In this document: in pieces, positions 30,001-42,959 of the stretch
Numbering within the stretch: position 1 is the stretch's first letter
How the letters are laid out: every line of letters begins with the position of its first letter
Origin: the human T2T-CHM13v2.0 reference genome, Homo sapiens
DNA length: 64,000 nt
Strand: one strand, 5' to 3'
NCBI RefSeq assembly: GCF_009914755.1
Contig: NC_060933.1
Notes under the pieces: model-generated
What the model saw: the letters and a program-made list of their open reading frames with translations, nothing else
What the model was told of the DNA's origin: nothing
Database searches by the model: none
Program-made: the position numbers and the translations under genes

Positions 30001-33000
30001 TCCGTTCCGTTCCATTCCATTCCATTCCATTCTATTCGGGTTCATTCCATTCCATTCCATTCCATTCCATTCCATTCCATTCCATTCCAATCGAGTTGAT
30101 TCCATTCCATTCCGTTCCATTCCATTCCATTCCATTCCAGTCCTTTCTATTCCATTCCACTCGTGTTGATTCCAATGTATTCCTTTCCATTCCATTCCAT
30201 TCCATTGCAATCGAGTTGATTCCATTGCTTTGCATTCCATTCTATTCCATTCCATTCCGGATGATTCCATTCCATTGCATTCCATTCCATTCCATTCCCT
30301 CTGCCCTCGGGTTGATTCCTTTCCATTCCACTCCATTCTGTTCCATTCCATTCCATTGCAATGTATTCGGATTAATTCCATTCCATTCCATTCCATTCCA
30401 TTCCATTACATTGTATTCGGGTTAATTCCATTCCATTCCATTCCATTCCATTCCATTCCATTCCATTCCATTCCGGAAGATTCCTTTCCATTGCATTCCA
30501 TTCCATTCCATTCCCCTGCACTCGCGTTGATTCCATTCCATTCCATTCCATTCCATTCCATTCCATTCCATTCCTTTCCGATCCATTCCATTCCATTCCA
30601 TTCCATTCCAATCCATTCCATTCCGTTCCGTTCCGTTCCATTCCATTCCATTCCATTCTATTCGGGTTAGTTCCATTCCATTCCATTCGGATTGTTCCAT
30701 TCCATTCCATTCCATTCCACTCCATTCCATTGCACTCGGGTTTATTCCATTCCATTCCGTTCCATTCCATTCCATTCCATTCCATTCCATTCCATTCCGG
30801 AAGATTCCATTCCATTGCATTCCATTCCATTCCATTCCCCTGCACTCGCGTTGATTCCATTCCATTCCATTCTATTCCATTCCATTCCCTTCCTTTCCGT
30901 TCCATTCCATTCCATTCCATTCCATTCCATTCCATTCCGTTCCGATCCATTCCATTCCATTCCATTCTATTCGGGTTAATTCCATTCCATTCCATTCCAT
31001 TCCATTCCATTCCTTTCCATTCCATTACGGATGATTCCATTCCATTGCATTCCATGCCATTCCATTCCCCTGTACTCGGGTTGATTCCATTCCATTCCAT
31101 TCCAAGCCATGCCATTCCACTCGTGTTGATTCCATTCTTTCCATTCCTTTGAAGTTGAATCCATTCCATTGCATTCCATTCCATTCGATTCCATTCGATT
31201 GCACTCGGGTTGATTCCATTCCATTGCATTCCATTCCATTCCATTCCATTCCATTCCATTCCGTTGCATTCCATTCCATTACATTCGGATTGATTCTATT
31301 CAATTCCCTTACACTCCATTACATTCCATTCCATTCGGGTAGTTTCCATTCCATTCCATTCCATTCCTCTCCATTCCATTGCACTCGGGTTGATTCCATT
31401 CCATTGCATTACATTCCATTCCATTCAATTCCATTCCGTTCCATTCCATTCCATTACATTCGGATTGATTCTATTCAACTCCCTTACTCTCCATTACATT
31501 CCATTCCATTCGGGTTGTTCCATTCCATTCCATTCCATTCCACTCCATTCCATTGCACTCGGGTTGATTCCATTCCATTCCATTCCATTCCATTCCATTC
31601 CATTGCAATCGAGTTGATTCCATTCCATTCCATTCCATTCCAGTCCTTTCCATTCCATTCCACTCGGGTTGATTCCATTCTATTAGTTTCCATTCCATTC
31701 CATTCCCTTCCATTCCACTCTGGTTGATTCCATTCCTTTCCATTCCACTCGAATACATTCCCTCCTATGCCACTCGGAATGATTCCATTCCATTCCATTC
31801 CATTCCATTCCATTCCATTCCATTCCATTCCATTTCGTTCCATTCCATTCTATTCCGTATCATTCCATTCCATTCCATTCCATTCCATTCCATTCCATTG
31901 TACTCCGGTTGATTCCATTCCACTGCATTCCATTCCATTCCATTCCATTCCATTCCATTCCATTCCATTCCGTTCCATTCCAATCCATTCCATTCCATTG
32001 TACTCGGGTTGATTCCATTCCATTGCATACCATTCCATTCCATTCAATTCCATTCCGTTCCATTCCATTCCATTACATTCGGATTGATTCTTTTTAACTC
32101 CCTTACTCTCCATTACATTCCATTCCATTAGGATTGTTCCATTCCATTCCATTCCATTCCACTCCTTTCAATTGCACTTGGGTTGATTCCATTCCATTCC
32201 ATTCCATTCCATTCCGGATGATTCCATTCCATTGCATTCCGTTCCATTACATTCCCCTGCACTCGGGTTGATTCCATTCCATTCCATTCCATTCCATTCG
32301 ATTCCATTCCATTCCCCTGCACTCGCGTTGATTCCATTCCATTCCATTCCATTCCATTCCATTCCATTCCATTCCTTTCCATTCCAGTCCTTTCCATTCC
32401 ATTCCACTCGGGTTGATTCCATTCTATAAGTATCCATTCCATTCCATTCCCTTCCATTCCACTCTGGTTGATTCCATTCCTTTCCATTCCACTCGAATAC
32501 ATTCCCTCCTATTCCACTCGGAACGATTCCATTCCATTCCATTCCATTCCATTCCATTCCATTCCATTCCATTTCGTTCCATTCCATTCTATTCCGTATC
32601 ATTCCATTCCATTCCATTCCGTTCCATTCCATTCCATTCCATTCCATTCCACTCGTGTTGATTTCATTCCTTTCCATTCCATTCGGTTTGAAGGCATTCC
32701 ATTCCATTCCATTCCATTCCATTCCATTCCATTCCATTCCATTCTATTCGGGTTAATTCCATTCCATTCCATTCCATTCCATTCCATTCCATTCTATTGC
32801 ATTCCATTGCATTCGAGTTGAATCCATTGCATTTCATTCCATTCCATTCCATTCCATTCCATTCCGGAAGATTCCATTCCATTGCATTCCATTCCATTCC
32901 ATTCCCCTGCACTCGCGTTGATTCCATTCCATTCCATTCCATTCCATTCCATCCATTCCGTTCCGTTCCGTTCCATTGCATTCCATTCCATTCCATTCCA

Positions 33001-34009
33001 TTCCGTTCCGTTCAATTCCATTCCATTCCACTCTATTCGGGTTAATTCCATTCGATTCCATTCGATTGCAATCGAGTTGATTCCATTCCATTCCATTCCA
33101 TTCCATTCCATTCCATTCCATTCCTTTCCATTCCCTTCCGGATGATTCCATTCCATTGCATTCCATTCCATTCCATTCCCCTGTACTCGGGTTGATTCCA
33201 TTCCATTCCATTCCAATCCATGCCATTCCACTCGTGTTGATTCCATTCTTTCCATTCCATTCAAGTTGAATCCATTCCATTGCATTCCATTCCATTCGAT
33301 TCCATTCGATTGCACTCGGGTTGATTCCATTCCATTGCATTCCATTCCATTCCATTCCATTCCATTCCATTCCATTCCGTTCCATTCCATTCCATTACAT
33401 TCGGATTGATTCTATTCAATTCCCTTAGACTCCATTACATTCCATTCCATTCGGGTAGTTTGCTTTCCATTCCATTCCATTCCTCTCCATTCCATTGCAC
33501 TCGGGTTGATTCCATTCCATTGCATTCCATTCCATTCCATTCAATTCCATTCCCTTCCATTCCATTCTATTACATTCGGATTGATTCTATTCAACTCCCT
33601 TACTCTCCATTACATTCCATTCCATTCGGGTTGTTCCATTCCATTCCATTCCATTCCACTCCATTCCATTGCACTCGGGTTTATTCCATTCCATTCCATT
33701 CCATTCCATTCCATTCCATTCCATTCCATTCCGGAAGATTCCATTCCATTGCATTCCATTCCATTTCATTCCCCTGCACTCGCGTTGATTCCATTCCATT
33801 CCATTCCATTCCATGCCATTCCATTCCATTCCATTCCTTTCCGATCCATTCCATTCCATTCCATTCCATTCCAATCCATTCCATTCCGTTCCGTTCCGTT
33901 CCATTCCATTCCATTCCATTCTATTCGGATTAGTTCCATTCCATTCCATTCGGATTGTTCCATTCCATTCCATTCCATTCCACTCCATTCCATTGCACTC
34001 GGGTTTATT

Positions 34010-37000
34010 CCATTCCATTCCATTCCATTCCATTCCATTCCATTCCATTCCATTCCATTCCGGAAGATTCCATTCCATTGCATTCCATTCCATTCCATTC
34101 CCCTGCACTCGCGTTGATTCCATTCCATTCCATTCTATTCCATTCCATTCCCTTCCTTTCCGTTCCATTCCATTCCATTCCATTCCATTCCATTCCATTC
34201 CGTTCCTTTCCATTCCATTCCATTCCATTCTATTCGGGTTAATTCCATTCCATTCCATTCGATTGCAATCGAGTTGATTCCATTCCATTCCATTCCATTC
34301 CATTCCATTCCATTCCATTCCATTCCATTTGGATTGATTCTATTCAATTCCCTTACACTCCATTACATTCAATTCAATTCGGGTAGTTTCCGTTCCATTC
34401 CATTCCATTCCTCTCCATTCCTTTGCACTCGGGTTGATTCCATTCCATTCCATTCCATTCCATTCCATTCCATTACATTCCATTCCATTCCGTTCCATTG
34501 TACTCGGGTTGATTCCATTCCATTGCATTCCATTCCATTCCATTCCATTCCATTCCATACCATTCCGTTCCATTCCATTACATTCGGATTGATTCTATTC
34601 AACTCCCTTACTCTCCATTACATTCCATTCCATTCGGGTTGTTCCATTCCATTCCATTCCATTCCATTCCATTCCACTCCATTCCATGGCACTCGGGTTG
34701 ATTCCATTCCATTCCATTCCATTCCATTCCATTCCATTCCATTCCATTCCGGATGATTCCATTCCATTGCATTCCGTTCCATTACATTCCCCTGCACTCG
34801 CGTTGATTCCATTCCATTCCATTCCATTCCATTCAATTCCATTCCATTTCAATTCGTTCCATTCCATTCTATTCCATACCATTGCATTCCATTCCTTACC
34901 ATTCCATTCCATTCCATTCCGTTCCATTCCATTCCATTCCATTCCATTCCATTCTATTCCATTCCATTGCAATCGAGTTGAATCCATTGCATTTCATTCC
35001 ATTCCACTCCATTCCATTCCATTCCGGAAGATCCCATTCCATTGCATTCCATTCCATTCCATTCCTCTGCACTCGCGTTGATTCCATTCCATTCCATTCT
35101 ATTCCGGAAGATTCCATTCCATTGCATTCCATTCCATTCTATTCGATTGCAATCGAGTTGATTCCATTCCATTCCATTCCATTCCATTCCATTCCTTTCC
35201 ATTCCATTACGGATGATTCCATTCCATTGCATTCCATTCCATTCCATTCCCCTGTACTCGGGTTGATTCCATTCCATTCCATTCCAATCCATGCCATTCC
35301 ACTCGTGTTGATTCCATTCTTTCCATTCCATTCAAGTTGAATCCATTCCATTGCATTCCATTCCATTCGATTACATTCGATTGCACTCGGTTTGATTCCA
35401 TTCCATTGCATTCCATTCCATTCCATTACATTCCATTCCATTCCGTTCCATTCCATTTCATTACTTTCAGATTGATTCTATTCAATTCCCTTACACTCCA
35501 TTATATTCCAATCCATTCTGGTTGTCTCCATTCCATTCCATTCCATTTCACTCCATTCCATTTCACTCGGGTTGATTTCATTCCATTCCATTCCATTGCA
35601 TTCCATTCCATTCCATTCCATTCCATTCCATTCCATTTCGTTCCATTCCATTCTATTCCGTATCATTCCATTCCATTCCATTCCATTCCATTCCATTCCA
35701 TTCCATTCCATTCCATTCCATTCCATTTCGTTCCATTCCATTCTATTCCGTATCATTCCATTCCATTCCATTCCATTCCATTCCATTCCATTCCATTCCT
35801 TTCCGTTCCAGTCCATTCCATTCCATTCCATTCCATTCCATTCCGTTCCGTTCCGTTCCGTTCCATTCCATTCCATTCCATTCTATTCGGGTTAATTCCA
35901 ATCCATTCCATTCCATTGCACTCGGGTTGATTCCATTCCATTCCATTCCATTCCATTCCATTCCGGATGATTCCATTCCATTTCATTCCCCTGCACTCGC
36001 GTTGATTCCATTCCATTCCATTCCATTCCATTCCGTTCCGTTCCGTTCCATTCCATTCCATTCCATTCCATTCCGTTCTTTTCCATTCCATTCCATTCCA
36101 TTCTATTCGGGATAATTCCATTCCATTCCATTCGATTGCAGTCGTGTTGATTCCATTCCATTCCATTCCATTCCATTCCATTCCATTCCTTTCCATTCCA
36201 TTACGGATGATGCCATTCCATTGCATTCCATTCCATTCCATTCCCCTGTACTCGGGTTGATTCCATTCCATTGCATTCCAATCCATGCCCTTCCACTCGT
36301 GTTGATTCCATTCTTTCCATTCCATTCAAGTTGAATCAATTCCATTGCATTCCATTCCATTCGATTCCATTCGATTGCACTCGGGTTGATTCCATTCCAC
36401 TGCATTCCATTCCACTCCATTCCATTGCACTCGGGTTTATTCCATTCCATTCCATTCCATTCCATTCAAATCCATTCCATTCCGGAAGATTCCATTCCAT
36501 TGCTTTCCATTCCATTCCATTCCTCTGCACTCGCGTTGATTCCATTCCATTCCATTCCATTCCGTTCCATTCCATTCCATTCCATTCCTTTCCGTTCCAT
36601 TCCATTCCATTCCATTCCATTCCATTCCATTCCATTCCGTTCCGTTCCGTTCCGTTCCATTCCATTCCATTCCATTCTATTCGGGTTAATTCCATTCTAT
36701 TCCATTCCATTCCATTCCATTCCAGACGAGTTGATTCCGTTCCATTCCATTCCATTCCATTCCACTCCATTCCAGTCCTTTCCATTCCATTCCACTCGGG
36801 TTGATTCCAATGTATTCCTTTCCATTCCATTCCATTCCTTTCCATTCCACTCGAATAGATTCCCTCCTATTCCACTCGGAACGATTCCATTCCATTCCAT
36901 TCCATTCCATTCCATTCCATTCCATTGAATTCCATTTAGTTCCATTCCATTCTATTCCGTATCATTCCATTCCATTCCATTCCATTCCATTCCATTCCAT

Positions 37001-40000
37001 TCCACTCGTGTTGATTCCATTCCTTTCCATTCCATTCGGTTTGAAGGCATTCCATTCCATTCCATTCCATTCCATTCCATTCCATTCCATTCCGGAAGAT
37101 TCCATTCCATTGCATTCCATTCCATTCCATTCCCCTGCACTCGCGTTGATTCCATTCCATTCCATTCTATTCCATTCCATTCCCTTCCTTTCCGTTCCAT
37201 TCCATTCCATTCCATTCCATTCCATTCCATTCCGTTCCTTTCCATTCCATTCCATTCCATTCTATTCGGGTTAATTCCATTCCATTCCATTCGATTGCAA
37301 TCGAGTTGATTCCATTCCATTCCATTCCATTCCATTCCATTCCATTCCATTCCATTCCATTTGGATTGATTCTATTCAATTCCCTTACACTCCATTACAT
37401 TCAATTCAATTCGGGTAGTTTCCATTCCATTCCATTCCATTCCTCTCCATTCCTTTGCACTCGGGTTGATTCCATTCCATTCCATTCCATTCCATTCCAT
37501 TCCATTACATTCCATTCCATTCCGTTCCATTGTACTCGGGTTGATTCCATTCCATTGCATTCCATTCCATTCCATTCCATTCCATTCCATACCATTCCGT
37601 TCCATTCCATTACATTCAGATTGATTCTATTCAACTCCCTTACTCTCCATTACATTCCATTCCATTCGGGTTGTTCCATTCCATTCCATTCCATTCCATT
37701 CCATTCCATTCCATTCCATGGCACTCGGGTTGATTCCATTCCATTCCATTCCATTCCATTCCATTCCATTCCATTCCGGATGATTCCATTCCATTGCATT
37801 CCGTTCCATTACATTCCCCTGCACTCGCGTTGATTCCATTCCATTCCATTCCATTCCATTCAATTCCATTCCATTTCAATTCGTTCCATTCCATTCTATT
37901 CCATACCATTGCATTCCATTCCTTACCATTCCATTCCATTCCATTCCGTTCCATTCCATTCCATTCCATTCCATTCCATTCTATTCCATTCCATTGCAAT
38001 CGAGTTGAATCCATTGCATTTCATTCCATTCCACTCCATTCCATTCCATTCCGGAAGATCCCATTCCATTGCATTCCATTCCATTCCATTCCTCTGCACT
38101 CGCGTTGATTCCATTCCATTCCATTCTATTCCGGAAGATTCCATTCCATTGCATTCCATTCCATTCTATTCGATTGCAATCGAGTTGATTCCATTCCATT
38201 CCATTCCATTCCATTCCATTCCTTTCCATTCCATTACGGATGATTCCATTCCATTGCATTCCATTCCATTCCATTCCCCTGTACTCGGGTTGATTCCATT
38301 CCATTCCATTCCAATCCATGCCATTCCACTCGTGTTGATTCCATTCTTTCCATTCCATTCAAGTTGAATCCATTCCATTGCATTCCATTCCATTCGATTA
38401 CATTCGATTGCACTCGGTTTGATTCCATTCCATTGCATTCCATTCCATTCCATTACATTCCATTCCATTCCGTTCCATTCCATTTCATTACTTTCAGATT
38501 GATTCTATTCAATTCCCTTACACTCCATTATATTCCAATCCATTCTGGTTGTCTCCATTACATTCCATTCCATTTCACTCCATTCCATTTCACTCGGGTT
38601 GATTCCATTCCATTCCATTCCATTGCATTCCATTCCATTCCATTCCATTCCATTCCATTCCATTTCGTTCCATTCCATTCTATTCCGTATCATTCCATTC
38701 CATTCCATTCCATTCCATTCCATTCCATTCCATTCCATTTCGTTCCATTCCATTCTATTCCGTATCATTCCATTCCATTCCATTCCATTCCATTCCATTC
38801 CATTCCATTCCTTTCCGTTCCATTCCATTCCATTCCATTCCATTCCATTCCATTCCGTTCCGTTCCGTTCCGTTCCATTCCATTCCATTCCATTCTATTC
38901 GGGTTAATTCCAATCCATTCCATTCCATTGCACTCGGGTTGATTCCATTCCATTCCATTCCATTCCATTCCATTCCGGATGATTCCATTCCATTTCATTC
39001 CCCTGCACTCGCGTTGATTCCATTCCATTCCATTCCATTCCATTCCGTTCCGTTCCGTTCCATTCCATTCCATTCCATTCCATTCCATTCTGTTCCATTC
39101 CATTCCATTCCATTCTATTCGGGATAATTCCATTCCATTCCATTCGATTGCAGTCGTGTTGATTCCATTCCATTCCATTCCATTCCATTCCTTTCCATTC
39201 CATTACGGATGATGCCATTCCATTGCATTCCATTCCATTCCATTCCCCTGTACTCGGGTTGATTCCATTCCATTGCATTCCAATCCATGCCCTTCCACTC
39301 GTGTTGATTCCATTCTTTCCATTCCATTCAAGTTGAATCCATTCCATTGCATTCCATTCCATTCGATTCCATTCGATTGCACTCGGGTTGATTCCATTCC
39401 ACTGCATTCCATTCCACTCCATTCCATTGCACTCGGGTTTATTCCATTCCATTCCATTCCATTCCATTCAAATCCATTCCATTCCGGAAGATTCCATTCC
39501 ATTGCTTTCCATTCCAATCCATTCCTCTGCACTCGCGTTGATTCCATTCCATTCCATTGCATTCCGTTCCATTCCATTCCATTCCATTCCTTTCCGTTCC
39601 ATTCCATTCCATTCCATTCCATTCCATTCCATTCCATTCCGTTCCGTTCCGTTCCGTTCCGTTCCGTTCCATTCCATTCCATTCCATTCTATTCGGGTTA
39701 ATTCCATTCTATTCCATTCCATTCCATTCCATTCCAGTCGAGTTGATTCCATTCCATTCCATTCCATTCCATTCCACTCCATTCCAGTCCTTTCCATTCC
39801 ATTCCACTCGGGTTGATTCCAATGTATTCCTTTCCATTCCATTCCATTCCTTTCCATTCCACTCGAATAGATTCCCTCCTATTCCACTCGGAACGATTCC
39901 ATTCCATTCCATTCCATTCCATTCCATTCCATTCCATTCAATTCCATTTCGTTCCATTCCATTCTATTCCGTATCATTCCATTCCATTCCATTCCATTCC

Positions 40001-40100
40001 ATTCCATTCCATTCCACTCGTGTTGATTCCATTCCTTTCCATTCCATTCGGTTTGAAGGCATTCCATTCCATTCCATTCCATTCCATTCCATTCCATTCC
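34010..40100 (+). repeat. Recent tandem duplication, 2 copies of ~3.0 kb (junction ~37050-37090)
   Basis: ORF-track pairs are offset by 3032 (34274/37306), 3027 (34882/37909, identical 152-aa translations) and 3012 (36801/39813). Shared private variants include CATTTGGATTG, CATTCAATTCAATTCGGG, CTTTGCACTC, CCATGGCACTC, GGAAGATCCC, GGGATAATT, GATGATGCC and CGAATAGATTCC. Confidence 0.93.
39640..39670 (+). repeat. (CGTTC)6 CpG-bearing variant pentamer run
   Basis: Six consecutive GTTCC units at 39641-39670. The paralogous position at ~36639-36658 has four. Confidence 0.85.
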
Positions 40101-42959
40101 ATTCCATTGTACTCGGGTTGATTGCATTCCATTGCATTCCATTCCATTCCATTCAATTCCATTCCGTTGCATTCCATTCCATTACATTCGGATTGATTCC
40201 ATTCAACTCCCTTACTCTGCATTACATTACATTCCATTCGGGTTGTTCCATTACATTCCATTCCAATCCATTCCATTGCACTCGGGTTGATTCCATTCCA
40301 TTCCATTCCATTCCATTCCATTCCATTCCATTCCGGATGATTCCATTCCATTGCATTCCGTTCCATTACATTCCCCTGCACTCGCGATGATTCCATTCCA
40401 TTCCATTCAATTCCATTCCATTACAATTCTTTACATTCCATTCTATTCCGTACCATTCCATTCCATTCCATACCATTCCATTCCATTCCATTCCATTCCA
40501 TTCCATTCCATTCCGTTCCATTCAGTTCCATTGCATTCCATTCCATTCTATTCGGGTTAATTCCATTCCATTCCATTCAATTCCATTCTATTCCATTCCA
40601 TTGCAATCGAGTTGAATCCATTGCATTGCATTCCATTCCATTCCATTCCATTCCATTCCATTCCATTCCGGAAGATTCCATTCCATTGCATTCCATTCCA
40701 TTCCATTCCCCTGCACTCGCGTTGATTCCTTTCCATTCCATTCCATTCCATTCCGTTCCGTTCCATTCCATTCCATTCCATTCCATTCCATTCCGTTCCT
40801 TTCCATTCCATTCCATTCCATTCTATTCGGGTTAATTCCATTCCATTCCATTCGATTGCAATCGTGTTGAATCCATTCCATTGCATTCCATTCCATTCGA
40901 TTCCATTCGATTGCACTCGGGTTGATTCCATTCCATTGCATTCCATTCCATTCCATTCCATTCCATTCCATTCCATTCCATTCCATTCCATTCAGTTCCA
41001 TTCCTTTCCTTTACATTCGGATTGATTGTATTCAATTCCCTTACACTCCATTACATTCCACTCCATTCGGGTAGTTTCCACTCCATTCCATTCCATTCCT
41101 CTCCATTCCATTGCACTCGGGTTGATTCCATTCCATTGCATTCCATTCCATTCCATTCAATTCCATTCCGTTCCATTCCATTCCATTACATTCGGATTGA
41201 TTCTATTCAACTCCCTTACTCTCCATTACATTCGATTCCATTCGGGTTGTTCCATTCCATTCCATTCCATTCCACTCCATTGCATTGCACTCGGGTTGAT
41301 TCCATTCCATTCCATCCCATTCCATTCCGGAAGATTCCATTCCATTGCATTCCATTACATTCCATTCCCCTGCACTCGCGTTGATTCCATTCCATTCCAT
41401 TCCATTGCATTCCATTCCATTCCATTCCATTCCATTCCGTTGCATTCCATTCCATTCCATTCTATTCCGTACCATTCCATTCCATTCCATACCATTCCAT
41501 TCCATTCCATTCCATTCCGTTCCATTCCGTTCCATTCCATTTCATTCCATTCTATTCGGATTAATTCCATTCCATTCCATTCCATTCCATTCTGTTCCAT
41601 TCCATTGCAATCGAGTTGAATCCAGTGCATTTCATTCCATTCCATTCCATTCCATTCCATTCCGGAAGATTCCATTACATTGCATTCCATTCCATTACAT
41701 TCCCCTGCACTCACGTTGATTCCATTCCATTCCATTCCATTCCATTCCGTTCCGTTCCGTTCCATTCCATTCCATTCCATTCCATTCCATTCCATTCCAT
41801 TCCGTTCCGTTGCATTCCATTACATTCCATTCCATTCTATTCGGGTTAATTCCATTCCATTCCATTCGATTGCAATCGAGTTGATTCCATTCCATTCCAT
41901 TCCATTCCATTCCTTTCCATTCCATTACGGATGATTCCATTCCATTGCATTCCATTCCATTCCATTCTCCTGTACTCGGGTTGATTCCATTCCATTCCAT
42001 TCCAATCCATGCCATTCCACTCGTGTTGATTCCATTCTTTCCATTCCATTCAAGTTGAATCCATTCCATTGCATTCCATTCCATTCGCTTCCATTCTATG
42101 GCACTCGGGTTGATTCCATGGCATTGCATTGCATTCCATTCCATTCCATTCCATTCCATTCCATTCCGTTCCATTCCGTTCCATTCCATTCCATTCCATT
42201 CTATTCGGGTTAATTCCATTCCATTCCATTCCATTCCATTCTATTCCATTCCATTGCAATCGAGTTGAATCCATTGCAGTTCATTCCATTCCATTCCATT
42301 CCATTCCATTCCGGAAGATTCCATTCCATTGCATTCCACTCTATTCCATTCCCCTGCAGTCGCGTTTATTCCATTCCATTCCATTCCATTCCATCCATTC
42401 CGTTCTGTTCCGTTCCATTCCATTCCATTCCATTCCATTCCATTGCATGCCGTTCCGTTCCATTCCATTCCATTCCATTCCATTCTATTCTGATTAATTC
42501 CATTCCATTCCATCCGATTGCAATCGAGTTGAATTCCATTCCATTCCATTCCATTGCATTCCATTCCATTCCATCCCCCTGTACTCGGGTTGATTCCATT
42601 CCATTCCATTCCAATCCATGCCATTCCACTCGTGTTTATTCCATTCTTTCCATTCCATTCAAGTTGAATCCATTCCATTGCATTCCATTCCATTCGATTC
42701 CATTCGATTGCACTCGGGTTGATTCCATTCCATTGCATTCCATTCCATTCCATTCCATTCCATTCCATTCCGTTCCATTCCATTCCTTTACATTCGGATT
42801 GATTCTATTCAATTCCCTTACACTCCATTCCATTCCATTCCATTCGGGTAGTTTCCGTTCCATTCCATTCCATTCCTCTCCATTCCATTGCACTAGGGTT
42901 GATTCCATTGCATTGCATTCCATTCCATTCCATTCAATTCCATTCCGTTCCATTCCATT

